Positions 9,940 through 20,027 of a stretch of DNA of 64,000 nucleotides are shown here, one piece after another. The stretch covers positions 1 to 64,000 of the IMG/VR virus record IMGVR_UViG_3300033141_006329. One strand, given 5' to 3'. The notes under the pieces are model-generated. The model ran no database searches and had not been told where the DNA came from. It was given only the letters and a program-made list of their open reading frames with translations. Within the stretch, counting starts at the first letter, position 1. Every line of letters begins with the position of its first letter. The translations under genes and the position numbers were made by a program.

Positions 9940-10331
9940 ATATTTTCATCTATCTCGACTCTATTTTCAGATCCGAGTATCATTAATCTATAAACCCTAC
10001 TCTCATACGTGATAACACCACACAAACCATCCACCTGATATACATCATCATTTATTGGTTCATGGTAAGTATAACTAAACAAACTACCAACTGAAGATAC
10101 ACCCCTGGCAACATACAAACGATTATTAAATATAGCCCAAGTATAACCATGTCTAAAATCACATAGTTTCATTTTGGGATTTTCCACAATAATTTTTCTG
10201 TCTATCCCAAACTCTTTCAATATATCATAGTGTGGAAAAAAGTGTCTATCCAACATTTCTCCTAACATTGTTAATTCCCTTTCTAAAAAATAAGGGGCCC
10301 ACATAAGACCCCTTATTACAAATTTGTTCAC
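9912..10331 (-). CDS. hypothetical protein
   Basis: 139-aa ORF. Confidence 0.5.
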   Translation of the reverse strand: MNKFVIRGLMWAPYFLERELTMLGEMLDRHFFPHYDILKEFGIDRKIIVENPKMKLCDFRHGYTWAIFNNRLYVARGVSSVGSLFSYTYHEPINDDVYQVDGLCGVITYESRVYRLMILGSENRVEIDENICIIKKEVT

Positions 10332-10337
10332 ATATTA

Positions 10338-11324
10338 TTAAATATGATTCCAGGCTTTTCGTTTAACTATCCTGTGAACCTGTGTATACGACACAACAGG
10401 ATATTTTGCATGGATCTTGGATACCTTAATTCCTTCCAGATATAAACGTCGAATTCGTTTAACTTGTCGGGTCTTAAGCCGAGCATTAGGATTATGAATA
10501 CCATTCTGATCCTTATCTATGGTTCTTGTCGTAGCAATAGTTCTTGGTACATTTTTCCAAGTAACGCCAGTTGCAACCTTTCGTAAAGCACTGGCTGTGA
10601 GATTGGCATATTCCTCTTGGATATCTGTGTATCGGTATCCTCTGTTTCTTAATGTGGTTACGGTGATTACATCTTCCTCAGTAATTTTCGCCGATGTCAC
10701 ACGGTTAGAAGCATTTCTATATGATCCTACAATACAATCCTTCAAAGAATGTCGTCGGATGGCTTCAGGAATTCTGTGAAACATATCTGGAGAAACACGA
10801 TTGTTCATAAACGCTATCCATTCGGGGTATCCATCCAAATGTTTCCAGGTATTCCAATTTATAACATTATAGATAGTTTCTGGACAGACTTCATGTTCTT
10901 CCGCTACTTCCTTCCTATTGAAATTAACATCTGTTAAGTATCTCTTGCGAATATTCAATACTTTCTCATCTGTTAATATGGAACTTGGGTTTCTTTGGCC
11001 CATTAAAGACCTTCCCTTCTGTACCATATCAGTACTGTTTTTAAATGGGGTTGTTGCAAATAAATGTGCAGGATTAACACACAATGTATTATCACAGAAA
11101 TGAATAATAATATGACCTGTGGGTATGCTACCATGTATATAACGGTATATATAACGTGTAGCAGAGATAGATGTTTTTAATGATCTAACGTAGAAAACAC
11201 CATACTCAGTACCATCTTGCTTGGTTGTAGATCCTTTCCAAATCCACTCACCATTTGCTCGTTTGTCTACTTTGCTCATAAATCGTTCAAATTCTCTTTC
11301 ATCTGTATCAAAATCTTCGTACAT
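10338..11324 (-). mobile_element. free-standing HNH homing endonuclease with repeated C-terminal DNA-binding modules
   Basis: WIWKG, HFCDNTLCVNPAHL, NSTDMVQKGR; repeats NPSSILTDEKV, SAKITEEDV, NPNARLKTRQV. Confidence 0.85.
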
Positions 11325-11412
11325 AATTTCTCCTTAATATTTTTTAAAATTAAATAAAATTATAAATATATACTATCGCACGAACCACTAATTTAAGATT
11401 TATTTTGATTTT

Positions 11413-11565
11413 TCATCCCCTCTTTTTGAAGATTGTTGTTATAAAATATATTATAAACGCATCTGCAATAGCTGCCGGCATAAACATTATGAATACATCT
11501 CCAGGCAAACTCACTCCGTATTTCATTGCGGATGATAAAACTAAAGCTAAAGCTAAACTACACAT
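11413..11565 (-). CDS. small hydrophobic protein, 50 aa, not in track
   Basis: GGAGG RBS; MCSLALALVLSSAMKYGVSLPGDVFIMFMPAAIADAFIIYFITTIFKKRG. Confidence 0.55.
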   Translation of the reverse strand: MCSLALALVLSSAMKYGVSLPGDVFIMFMPAAIADAFIIYFITTIFKKRG

Positions 11566-11583
11566 TTTTTAGTCCTCCTATTT

Positions 11584-11706
11584 TTATCTGAGTGATATGG
11601 CACACTGTATCGATATTGCTGTGTCCAAAAACATGGCAAGCAACAACATCCAATAATAAATGCCAAGTCCATGTGTGTGCCCATAAACTAATGCCCAAGT
11701 TAACAT
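11584..11706 (-). CDS. small hydrophobic protein, 40 aa, not in track
   Basis: AGGAG RBS; MLTWALVYGHTHGLGIYYWMLLLAMFLDTAISIQCAISLR. Confidence 0.55.
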   Translation of the reverse strand: MLTWALVYGHTHGLGIYYWMLLLAMFLDTAISIQCAISLR

Positions 11707-11805
11707 AATAATACTCCTTTTAGAAAATATTAGTCAACACAATCACTATAATTGTCACAGGTACAACTATATGCGTTATCGAAAAACCTATCACTCCTAA
11801 CGTTT

Positions 11806-12069
11806 TTACCTATGAAATTTCTCATTTTTCAATCCTCCAATTTCTTTAAATTTAAAACATTTGGTACCTTCAGGTAACTCCAAATCAAAATAAGGACCGC
11901 GTGTAACAATAAATCTCTTCTTTGGATCAATTTCAGGAACAGTTATAATTGCATTAAGAGGCAATTGATGTTCATATTTAACTTTATCGGAATTATCTCC
12001 TCTGTTTACGAATATCTCACATCTACCATCGGATGTGTATATTCCTGTTTCTTCATTAAATTCGATCAT
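11806..12069 (-). CDS. hypothetical protein
   Basis: 87-aa ORF after topoisomerase B. Confidence 0.5.
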   Translation of the reverse strand: MIEFNEETGIYTSDGRCEIFVNRGDNSDKVKYEHQLPLNAIITVPEIDPKKRFIVTRGPYFDLELPEGTKCFKFKEIGGLKNEKFHR

Positions 12070-12073
12070 ATTT

Positions 12074-13885
12074 CTAATCCTCCAGCTCCCATTCTCCTAA
12101 TACCAGTTTTCTTCGTTCGCTGGCAGTTGACATGAGTTTAAATAATTGTTTATATTTATCTGACCAATTCACCTTTATCAATTTTCTTGTGGATTCATCT
12201 AATGTAAATACTTTCAGATCTTTAGGTGAAAATTCACCAAGTCCTTTAAATCTTTTAATAGACTCATTATTTGATCTGGCATCATCTACATCTTCTTTCG
12301 TCCATAATGGCACAAGTTTACCATTTCTTCTGGTTCCAAACAAAGGTGTTTTACATACATACAATTTACCTGCCTTAATTATAGCTGGTGTCAGTTTGGC
12401 AAATATAGCTATCAATAAAGATGTTATAAATGCTCCTGCAGGATCAGCATCAGCACTCAGTATTATTTTGGAGTATCTGAGTTTTGACACTTTGCAATCA
12501 GGTTCTATTCCCGTCCCTACTGCCTCTATTATTCCTCTCACTTCATTATTTTCGAGTGGATACTTCTTAGTCAGTACATTTGAAATGACACCCCTCAGGG
12601 GCAAAATAGCGTGTTTCTTAGGATTTCTAACATGGAGCAATCCTCCAACTGCTGACTCTCCCTCACCAATTAATAGTTCACCACTCGTACTTTTACAATC
12701 TCTAAGTTTTGTAAATTTAGATGATAGTCTCCTTGTCTTAGTAGTTTTACTTAATTTCTTTGATGATAAATCCTGTCTATACGATTGAAATCTTCCCAAT
12801 AATTCTATAAGCATCTCTTTATTTTTTTCCAGATATTTCTTTATATTATCTTCTAGAGGTTCCATTACAGAAAGATCGGATTTAGATTCCAGCCTAACTT
12901 TAACTTGAGCTTCAAATGATGTTTTGATTATTTTAAGATTTATATAACATCTCAGAAATGACAAACAATCATCTACATTAAAATCATACTTATACTTCTT
13001 ACCTAACTGTGCAAATACATTTTTCAGTGCATTGAATAAGTGATTAATATGAACCCCGGTATGAACTCTTGCTAAATTTACACAGCTAAAAACTTTATTG
13101 GAGACTGGTGATTCTGTATCCCAGGCCAGCATTACATGACAACTTTCTGGTCCTTTCTTAGTATCAAATTGCATCCAGCTCAATTCACTTTTTGTGATAT
13201 ATGATAATATAAGATCCTTTTCAGTACTCTTTCTTATTACCATATCCTCTCCATCAACTCTGAGGATTGCCTTTAGATTTCTAAAATTAGCACAAGCTAT
13301 CCTTATGCGTTCTTCAATTATTCCCAAATCTATATGTGTACTATTGAAAAATCTTTTGGATGGTTTCACAGAAATTTTAGTGGCGAATGGTTTTCCTTTA
13401 TTTAATTTTATAACTTCTTGCTTCCTTGTTATATCTGAAGCATCATTAAAGTTATAAAATCCATGCAAATCATTTTTATAAATTTCTATCTTCATCCAAT
13501 CGGACAATGCATTAACCACAACCATCCCACAACCATGTAGACCTACAGATATTTTGTAGGCGGAATTCTTTTTATCTTTTTTAAACTTACCAGATGAAAA
13601 TAATTTGGTGGCGGTCATTATGGGAGGATCTTGATCAGGAGGTAAATCTTGATTAAAAGGTAGACCTCTACCATAATCTAAAACACTAAATGTTCCTTCC
13701 TTAGTATCAATAAACACTCCTATAATATCACAATGTCCTGCTTGTACTTCATCTAATGCATTATCCAAAAGCTCTTCCAATAATCTTGTAGCATTCTCAG
13801 TTGAACCTATATACATTCCTGTAGAAGTTCTTATATGATCAATCTCTTCCATCACATATATATCATCTGTTGTGTATTCGCTCAT
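12074..13885 (-). CDS. type IIA topoisomerase subunit B
   Basis: HIRTSTGMYIG, ELLDNALDE, DYGRGLP, GLHGCG, EGESA, PLRG, DADPAG, RFKGLGE. Confidence 0.92.
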   Translation of the reverse strand: MSEYTTDDIYVMEEIDHIRTSTGMYIGSTENATRLLEELLDNALDEVQAGHCDIIGVFIDTKEGTFSVLDYGRGLPFNQDLPPDQDPPIMTATKLFSSGKFKKDKKNSAYKISVGLHGCGMVVVNALSDWMKIEIYKNDLHGFYNFNDASDITRKQEVIKLNKGKPFATKISVKPSKRFFNSTHIDLGIIEERIRIACANFRNLKAILRVDGEDMVIRKSTEKDLILSYITKSELSWMQFDTKKGPESCHVMLAWDTESPVSNKVFSCVNLARVHTGVHINHLFNALKNVFAQLGKKYKYDFNVDDCLSFLRCYINLKIIKTSFEAQVKVRLESKSDLSVMEPLEDNIKKYLEKNKEMLIELLGRFQSYRQDLSSKKLSKTTKTRRLSSKFTKLRDCKSTSGELLIGEGESAVGGLLHVRNPKKHAILPLRGVISNVLTKKYPLENNEVRGIIEAVGTGIEPDCKVSKLRYSKIILSADADPAGAFITSLLIAIFAKLTPAIIKAGKLYVCKTPLFGTRRNGKLVPLWTKEDVDDARSNNESIKRFKGLGEFSPKDLKVFTLDESTRKLIKVNWSDKYKQLFKLMSTASERRKLVLGEWELED

Positions 13886-13907
13886 ATTTTAAACCTTTTC
13901 TTTTTGT

Positions 13908-14198
13908 TCAATCCTCCTGTGGCGGGGCGGGATCATCTTTCACTTTTTTAACACATGAATCACGTATTGCTCTCTCTACATCATTAATTCTACTACACAC
14001 AGCATTAGCAGAATTTCCTAATGTTCCATTAATTTCATATAACTTATTAACAATCCGACACAACTCATCTCTAGAATTATTATGATTTATTACAAAAATC
14101 ATAAACGCAATCAATCCCATTAATGCTACCAGTGTGGAAAATATTATTAAGCTTATAAATTGTACTGTTGTAAATGTTAATATAATTGGTGCTTCCAT
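13908..14198 (-). CDS. single-pass membrane protein
   Basis: long N-terminal hydrophobic helix followed by a coiled coil. Confidence 0.6.
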   Translation of the reverse strand: MEAPIILTFTTVQFISLIIFSTLVALMGLIAFMIFVINHNNSRDELCRIVNKLYEINGTLGNSANAVCSRINDVERAIRDSCVKKVKDDPAPPQED

Positions 14199-14209
14199 TA
14201 TTTTTCTCC

Positions 14210-14590
14210 CTATATTTCTCTAATTTTCCTATTGTTTTTAAGCAGTATCTCTTTTACGATATTTACAAATTTCAATAAGTTAAAAGGTTTCTTTATAAAA
14301 GCTTCTGCACCTTCAGCCTTATCTACATTTGATGAACCAGACATTGCTATTACAGGTGTATTAAATTGAGTATCATTTATCCACTTTATTAATTGATCTC
14401 CTTGCATATCAGGTAATCTCAAATCCGTTATTACCAGATCAAACAAATTATAATCCATTTTGTCTTTGGCCTCTTCTGCCGATCCAACAATATCGACATC
14501 TGCATTTATAAATTTCAGCTTGATAACATCTGAGCAACACTTTGCAATACTCTCATTATCATCTACTATTAAAATTCTAATACGTTTCAT
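14210..14590 (-). CDS. stand-alone response-regulator receiver (CheY-like) protein
   Basis: ILIVDD, DLVITDLRLPDMQG, AMSG, IKKPF. Confidence 0.9.
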   Translation of the reverse strand: MKRIRILIVDDNESIAKCCSDVIKLKFINADVDIVGSAEEAKDKMDYNLFDLVITDLRLPDMQGDQLIKWINDTQFNTPVIAMSGSSNVDKAEGAEAFIKKPFNLLKFVNIVKEILLKNNRKIREI

Positions 14591-14729
14591 TACATCTCCT
14601 TTCTAATGTTATATTGATTTTTGAAATAGGACACCCTACAATGTACTGGTAAACACATAACTACGTCACTATGTGGATTATCAATCTTTATAGTTTATGA
14701 CGGGTTATGAGAGTAGAATGTCCTACTAC

Positions 14730-14746
14730 AACTATATATATTAAAT
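14730..14746 (+). promoter_or_regulatory. copy of motif AACTATAYATATTAAAT in opposite orientation
   Basis: 17-nt exact match to the minus-strand copy at 27003-27019. Confidence 0.4.
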
Positions 14747-14773
14747 GTTACTCTAACCGGAACGGTCCGTCTT

Positions 14774-15166
14774 TTAGTGGATTGACGGATTTCCCTTATT
14801 TTCCATTATTACAGGCTGCTGGCTTGGGGGTTGCGCTTCAAAATACTTATCAATGTCCTCACCCCAGATCATCTCCCCATCTTCTGTTAGACAAAAATCC
14901 TCATATATATCAACATCCTTCAACTCATTAATCTTGACTAATCCCTTTGTTAATAACGCAACTAAAGGTAAAGGTGTATCAATATTGAAATCGATCTGTA
15001 AAGTGCTATCCTCAGTCAGCCGTCCTATCATATAATAACTGCTATAATAATAACAATTATCGGTTTTGTCTAAATCTGCACTTCCTTTTGTCAACTCAAG
15101 TTCTTCAAGTATTTTGTCAATTTTTCTTAATATCTTTTTTCTTTTGTTCATGACTTTCCCCTCCAA
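14774..15166 (-). CDS. hypothetical protein
   Basis: 130-aa ORF. Confidence 0.55.
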   Translation of the reverse strand: MEGKVMNKRKKILRKIDKILEELELTKGSADLDKTDNCYYYSSYYMIGRLTEDSTLQIDFNIDTPLPLVALLTKGLVKINELKDVDIYEDFCLTEDGEMIWGEDIDKYFEAQPPSQQPVIMENKGNPSIH

Positions 15167-15176
15167 TTTTTAATAT

Positions 15177-15593
15177 TTACATCCCTAGCTGAATATAATC
15201 AAATGCCCCGTCTATCATAGTAAAAAACTCTGTAGAATGATATTTAATCCATACATCCTTCCTAAAATATTCTCTAGGATCAATCACGTAGACAGGAATA
15301 TTATGTTCATATGCAAACAGAATTTCCATAATAGTGCCAGCCGTGTATTTTACCATATAGACTACCATACAATCACACGTAAGAATTGCTTCTTTGTCTA
15401 TCTCTACTATTTTCTTTATTACATCGTCACTCAATTCTGTCTTTTTTTCTGCCCATTTAACAACATCAATGTCGTGTATCCTTGGTTCAATTTCTTTAAG
15501 TGGGTCAAGTATATCAAATTTATCCGTATAATGTTTATGGACATAGGTTCTATAATTAACCTCTTCTACTGCGCCTGCTATATATATTCTCAT
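15177..15593 (-). CDS. nucleoside 2-deoxyribosyltransferase / dNMP N-hydrolase-like protein
   Basis: IYIAG, DKEAILTCD, AGTIMEILFAYEHNIPV. Confidence 0.75.
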   Translation of the reverse strand: MRIYIAGAVEEVNYRTYVHKHYTDKFDILDPLKEIEPRIHDIDVVKWAEKKTELSDDVIKKIVEIDKEAILTCDCMVVYMVKYTAGTIMEILFAYEHNIPVYVIDPREYFRKDVWIKYHSTEFFTMIDGAFDYIQLGM

Positions 15594-15621
15594 TTTTCTC
15601 CTTTTTTAATTAATTCTTCAA

Positions 15622-16029
15622 TTAGTCACTATTACCGTAAAATTCAACGTCTTCCCAAAGGCCGAATAATCTCTTAGTCACTTTCTTCTTGGTCAGTTCT
15701 TTATTTTTATCAAAAAGTAAAAATGTATCACATGAAAGGTTTCCATGATGCCCTATACCCCAGTCACACAAAACAATTCTTATATTACCACAACTTGAAT
15801 CTCCACCAGCAAATTCTCTCTTCCGTCTTGGATGACGATTACTTAAAATATTATCTTTCAAAGATCCAGTATAAATATATGATTTATACTCACCCCAAAA
15901 ATATTTTCTAAAATCTAGGACTTTGTGATAATATAAATTATCTGGTATGTTAAAATGCCTTAATATATGAACATGTGGTTGAAAAAACTCATCTATTTCA
16001 TCATTTAATTTTTTATCTATATCTAACAT
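15622..16029 (-). CDS. hypothetical protein
   Basis: 135-aa ORF with RBS. Confidence 0.55.
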   Translation of the reverse strand: MLDIDKKLNDEIDEFFQPHVHILRHFNIPDNLYYHKVLDFRKYFWGEYKSYIYTGSLKDNILSNRHPRRKREFAGGDSSCGNIRIVLCDWGIGHHGNLSCDTFLLFDKNKELTKKKVTKRLFGLWEDVEFYGNSD

Positions 16030-16049
16030 TTTTCATCTCCTAAAATTAG

Positions 16050-16127
16050 ATTAGAGAGGAGACCACACTGGCAGGATATAGTCTCGTGTGTATGGCCGGT
16101 CACTATAAGTTTGGACGTCCCTCTAAT
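16050..16127. ncRNA. candidate structured intergenic RNA
   Basis: GC-rich; outer arms ATTAGAGAGGA/TCCCTCTAAT, inner GAGAC/GTCTC, CACAC/GTGTG. Confidence 0.3.
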
Positions 16128-16136
16128 TATTTTATT

Positions 16137-16649
16137 TTAAATTTTTTGAATTACCAATCCGGTTTGTGTCCATGATTTATACTTTTTTAAATCATCAGGC
16201 TTAGGATTTCCTCCAAATCCCCATTCGAGTCCTATAGGTTCTTTAATATGAAACCTATAATTACAATTGATTCTGCTTGATATATTTTCAAGAAGAGGAA
16301 TTGATTCAAGATATGTTTCATCTAACAAAATGTAAGATTCTTTAGAAAAATCCATAAATCGTTGTAAATCATCCACATTGCGTTCTCTTATCACATTCTT
16401 AATATCTTCCAAACAATTCTCAAATCGTTCACATAATTCATGTCCACATTTTTCTATAAAAGAATTAATATCACACTCTTCTATGGATCGTGTAGGAAAG
16501 ATTTCAGAACAATCGTTTTGTTCTGCACATTCTATCGCACTATTACCATCACATCCATCATTAATATCTTTATGAACATTTATTCCACGATTCTTAATAT
16601 AGTCATATATACTATCTCTTATATCATCTCTTCTTATATTTCCATTCAT
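16137..16649 (-). CDS. hypothetical protein
   Basis: 170-aa ORF, AAGGAG RBS. Confidence 0.55.
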   Translation of the reverse strand: MNGNIRRDDIRDSIYDYIKNRGINVHKDINDGCDGNSAIECAEQNDCSEIFPTRSIEECDINSFIEKCGHELCERFENCLEDIKNVIRERNVDDLQRFMDFSKESYILLDETYLESIPLLENISSRINCNYRFHIKEPIGLEWGFGGNPKPDDLKKYKSWTQTGLVIQKI

Positions 16650-16772
16650 AATAGATCTCCTTCTTTTAGTTGTTTTTCTGTTTTCGTTTAATTCCTTAAT
16701 TTAATGTTTTATCTTTCAAAATCCCTAACTACTATATCAATAATCGCAATCTTTCACAAATGGTTCATATCT

Positions 16773-17009
16773 TTATTCATATATCAGTAATGTTGGCTCT
16801 TGTGGTTCAACGGAATTCGTATCGCGACGACTTATTCTGCTCGGTAGATATGTTTTTTCGCCACCAACTCGTCTGAAATTACAATTACCTTTTCCACTAA
16901 ACGGGCAGAATTTACTATGGTGATCATTTGAGCAAGTATCTCGAACTTTAAAATAATCACAGATATGTGTAGATTGTTCTTCTTTTATTCTCATATTATA
17001 TTCTTTCAT
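16773..17009 (-). CDS. small Cys/His-rich protein
   Basis: HICDY...C...H..FCP...C. Confidence 0.5.
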   Translation of the reverse strand: MKEYNMRIKEEQSTHICDYFKVRDTCSNDHHSKFCPFSGKGNCNFRRVGGEKTYLPSRISRRDTNSVEPQEPTLLIYE

Positions 17010-17023
17010 TTTTTAAACCTTCC

Positions 17024-19534
17024 TTAACTTAATGGTTCACCTTTCAAAAACCCTAACTGATAAACTAATGGTCTTAATCTATTTTCAAATTCTATATATC
17101 TATTTCTAAATTCCTTAAACTCTTCAGGGAATAATTCTCCCCACAATTTTTTCAATTGATAATATCCACAATCAAAACAAAATAAATTACCCCCATAATT
17201 TTTACGATAAGGTAAAGATTTAACAAATAATCCTGTACCTCTATTTAATATATCATAAGCATCGGCACTCAATCGGTTTAATAACATTATCCCATCATCA
17301 TTTTTCTCAAAAAGTATTTTAGCAATATATCGTTCTTCGGATTTAATAATATCTCTATACATTTTTTCATAAGGATATTTTTCAAGAAGTTCTATAATAT
17401 AATATTTTGGGAGAAAGAAAAACTCATTCTTAACATCCCATCTTTTACCCTGGCATTTATAATTCCTCATAGAATATGTCTCACATCTATCATTGAAAAT
17501 GGAGTAAACTATTGAATCTGTATTCCATTGCTCGTATTCTTGAAGGGATTCGTTTGGTTTTGATAATTGGAATCGTTGAGTTATATATTCATTTTCTTTA
17601 TCCGATGATGCTATTATTTTTGCCGAGAATCCTGATAATATTCTCATAATATTTTCAGATGTTATAGATCTATTGGACCCGTTTTTATAATAAGGCACAG
17701 CGCATAATTTCGGAATGTCGAAATTTCTTCCTACCCCATTTCCTAACTTATACCCTATTCCTAAAAAATCTTTAGAGATTTTTTGATATTCCTTTTCTTT
17801 TAGAATCCCATTTGTAGTCATTCTAGGAAAATTCACCCTTCCATTTATAATTTCTGTTGATTTCATCCAGTCTCTATATGATATATTACAATCATCACAA
17901 TGCCAATAATCAAAAACCCGAATTGTATCAAATTGATCATAATCCAACTTTCTATCTTCAAATTCGAAAACATCTTTAACAACTTTTTTCTTTTTACAAC
18001 TTTTCCAAATTGTAAATCCAACACCCCAAGTATCTTCAGTACATGAAAACTGTCCAGCATTATAATGCATACCTTTTATATAATCAAAATGCAACAAAAA
18101 CCATGATCTAAATCCATCAAACCGATCACCAGTTAAAAATCCTAAAGGTGAAAAAAATGCTAAATATAAATTAGTTAACTTATATTGTTCTTTAAATCGC
18201 AATAATCTAAAAAGAAATTGCACATATAATTCATTTGTATCATCTTTATATTTTTCATCAACTCCGATGATATATGATTTAAGTTCTGTGTTTAGATGAT
18301 TTTTTGTCTTTTCTTTTTTCTTTCCTAAACAACCAATCGCTCTACCGCCAAATGGAGGATTCATATAAATAATAATTTTTTCATTGTTTTCAATGGCAGT
18401 GGCAACTTTATCAGGCAAATAATTGTGCAATCTATCCTGATCAAAAGCATGTAATAATATACCATCATTCAAAAAATCAAATTTGACAGCATCTTCAGCA
18501 CCATTAATATCTAACTCTTTAGCTTTATCAATATCAGCTTGGTGTAATGTCATTGGTTGTAAATTCTCTATATCACAATCTCTTGTAAGATTTCCTCTTC
18601 CCCATGCAGGATCTATAACCAAATAATCCTTTTTCCAATCTCCTTCTATATACTCACCCATAATCGAGTGCGTATCGTTTACCAAAAGTATTGGCGTAGG
18701 ATATTCACCACTTGCTCGTCTGTCGCAATCAGATAAAAGAATATTATAATTTGTCTCTATTTTTAATTTGTCATCTGGATGCATTTCCTTTATTTTATTT
18801 TTAAAAATAATACACTCTCGTTTATTAACAATCATATTTCCATAATCTGTCCATAATTTATTTTTAACCAATGCGACATTATCAGGATCATCAATCAAAC
18901 TCATGAATATATTAGCAAGTTTACTACTATCCAATTCCCCATCTTTCTGTTTTTTCCATATCTTAGTAACAAAATACTCAAATTCTTGAACTATATTATT
19001 TAAACAGATTTTCTTTTTAAAATTCACACCTTCTGCATTTGCTTCAATCATCAATTTAATATCTCTAAAGTCATCATTTTCCATATTTATTACATAAGAA
19101 TTTAAACTACTATCATTTACCATAGCTTTTATCAAATCTGGATTCTTGCTATATGCTGTTGACGCTGGTAGAGACCAATCCAAATCCCATTGCAAATATT
19201 TAACTAATTTAAAAACACTTACTACAAAACATTCATTCTTATCACCTACAAATATAACATTGGGTAATTCTTCACCATTAATTTCAAATTTCTTTAAATA
19301 ATAAATTACTTGACATAATACTTTACATCGTTCGTTAATATTCAAAAAATCCATATCCTTTTTAAATTCCATCAAACATTTTACTTTTTTATCATCACTA
19401 TATAACACACCGTCTGTATTATTAGGTGAATTTATATTAGATTTTTTAAATTTCTTCCTTAATGTCTCCCTATATAGATCTTGCACATCAATCTCGGTTT
19501 GGCATTCTTGCAAATTCTCGTATAATCTATTCAT
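17024..19534 (-). CDS. Type IIG-like restriction endonuclease / amino-methyltransferase fusion
   Basis: N-terminal TDGVL...MEFK (PD-(D/E)XK), GEYPTP, IDPAWGRGNL (motif I), MNPPF (motif IV). Confidence 0.8.
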   Translation of the reverse strand: MNRLYENLQECQTEIDVQDLYRETLRKKFKKSNINSPNNTDGVLYSDDKKVKCLMEFKKDMDFLNINERCKVLCQVIYYLKKFEINGEELPNVIFVGDKNECFVVSVFKLVKYLQWDLDWSLPASTAYSKNPDLIKAMVNDSSLNSYVINMENDDFRDIKLMIEANAEGVNFKKKICLNNIVQEFEYFVTKIWKKQKDGELDSSKLANIFMSLIDDPDNVALVKNKLWTDYGNMIVNKRECIIFKNKIKEMHPDDKLKIETNYNILLSDCDRRASGEYPTPILLVNDTHSIMGEYIEGDWKKDYLVIDPAWGRGNLTRDCDIENLQPMTLHQADIDKAKELDINGAEDAVKFDFLNDGILLHAFDQDRLHNYLPDKVATAIENNEKIIIYMNPPFGGRAIGCLGKKKEKTKNHLNTELKSYIIGVDEKYKDDTNELYVQFLFRLLRFKEQYKLTNLYLAFFSPLGFLTGDRFDGFRSWFLLHFDYIKGMHYNAGQFSCTEDTWGVGFTIWKSCKKKKVVKDVFEFEDRKLDYDQFDTIRVFDYWHCDDCNISYRDWMKSTEIINGRVNFPRMTTNGILKEKEYQKISKDFLGIGYKLGNGVGRNFDIPKLCAVPYYKNGSNRSITSENIMRILSGFSAKIIASSDKENEYITQRFQLSKPNESLQEYEQWNTDSIVYSIFNDRCETYSMRNYKCQGKRWDVKNEFFFLPKYYIIELLEKYPYEKMYRDIIKSEERYIAKILFEKNDDGIMLLNRLSADAYDILNRGTGLFVKSLPYRKNYGGNLFCFDCGYYQLKKLWGELFPEEFKEFRNRYIEFENRLRPLVYQLGFLKGEPLS

Positions 19535-19555
19535 CCTTAATTTTTCCTCTTCTCT

Positions 19556-19924
19556 CTAATTATTCCCACCCATAATCAATGCACCCAATACCTCATCAAT
19601 ATTCACCCTAATACGCATATAAGGATTTTCTGCTAAATAGTCTTCATGTTCCAAAAATTGATATAATAGATCCTCCAAACTATGTGCGACAATGAATTCT
19701 GAAATCAATTTTTTTAGAAATTTTCCAAATCTATATCCTGATTTTTCAAAGGAGCAATAGACATAGAGATTCCTGCGACTTTCATGTTTTATCTCCAATG
19801 TGCAAAGCAGTGTATAACATCTTATCTCTACTGTATATTCACCTATTTCCTTAGAATAGCTAAACATCACACCACACCACTCATATCTTTCTTCCGTCCA
19901 ATCTACGTCCATATTTTCCTCCAC
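19556..19924 (-). CDS. hypothetical protein
   Basis: 122-aa ORF. Confidence 0.5.
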   Translation of the reverse strand: MEENMDVDWTEERYEWCGVMFSYSKEIGEYTVEIRCYTLLCTLEIKHESRRNLYVYCSFEKSGYRFGKFLKKLISEFIVAHSLEDLLYQFLEHEDYLAENPYMRIRVNIDEVLGALIMGGNN

Positions 19925-20023
19925 TTATCTACAATTAATTCCGTTGCATATCATATACACAAAAAATCCATATACCGCCACTACAAAGAAAATCCAGAAA
20001 TATCTCTTGAGAAAATTAATCAT
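19925..20023 (-). CDS. small membrane peptide, 32 aa, not in track
   Basis: MINFLKRYFWIFFVVAVYGFFVYMICNGINCR fills the gap exactly. Confidence 0.5.
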   Translation of the reverse strand: MINFLKRYFWIFFVVAVYGFFVYMICNGINCR

Positions 20024-20027
20024 GTCC

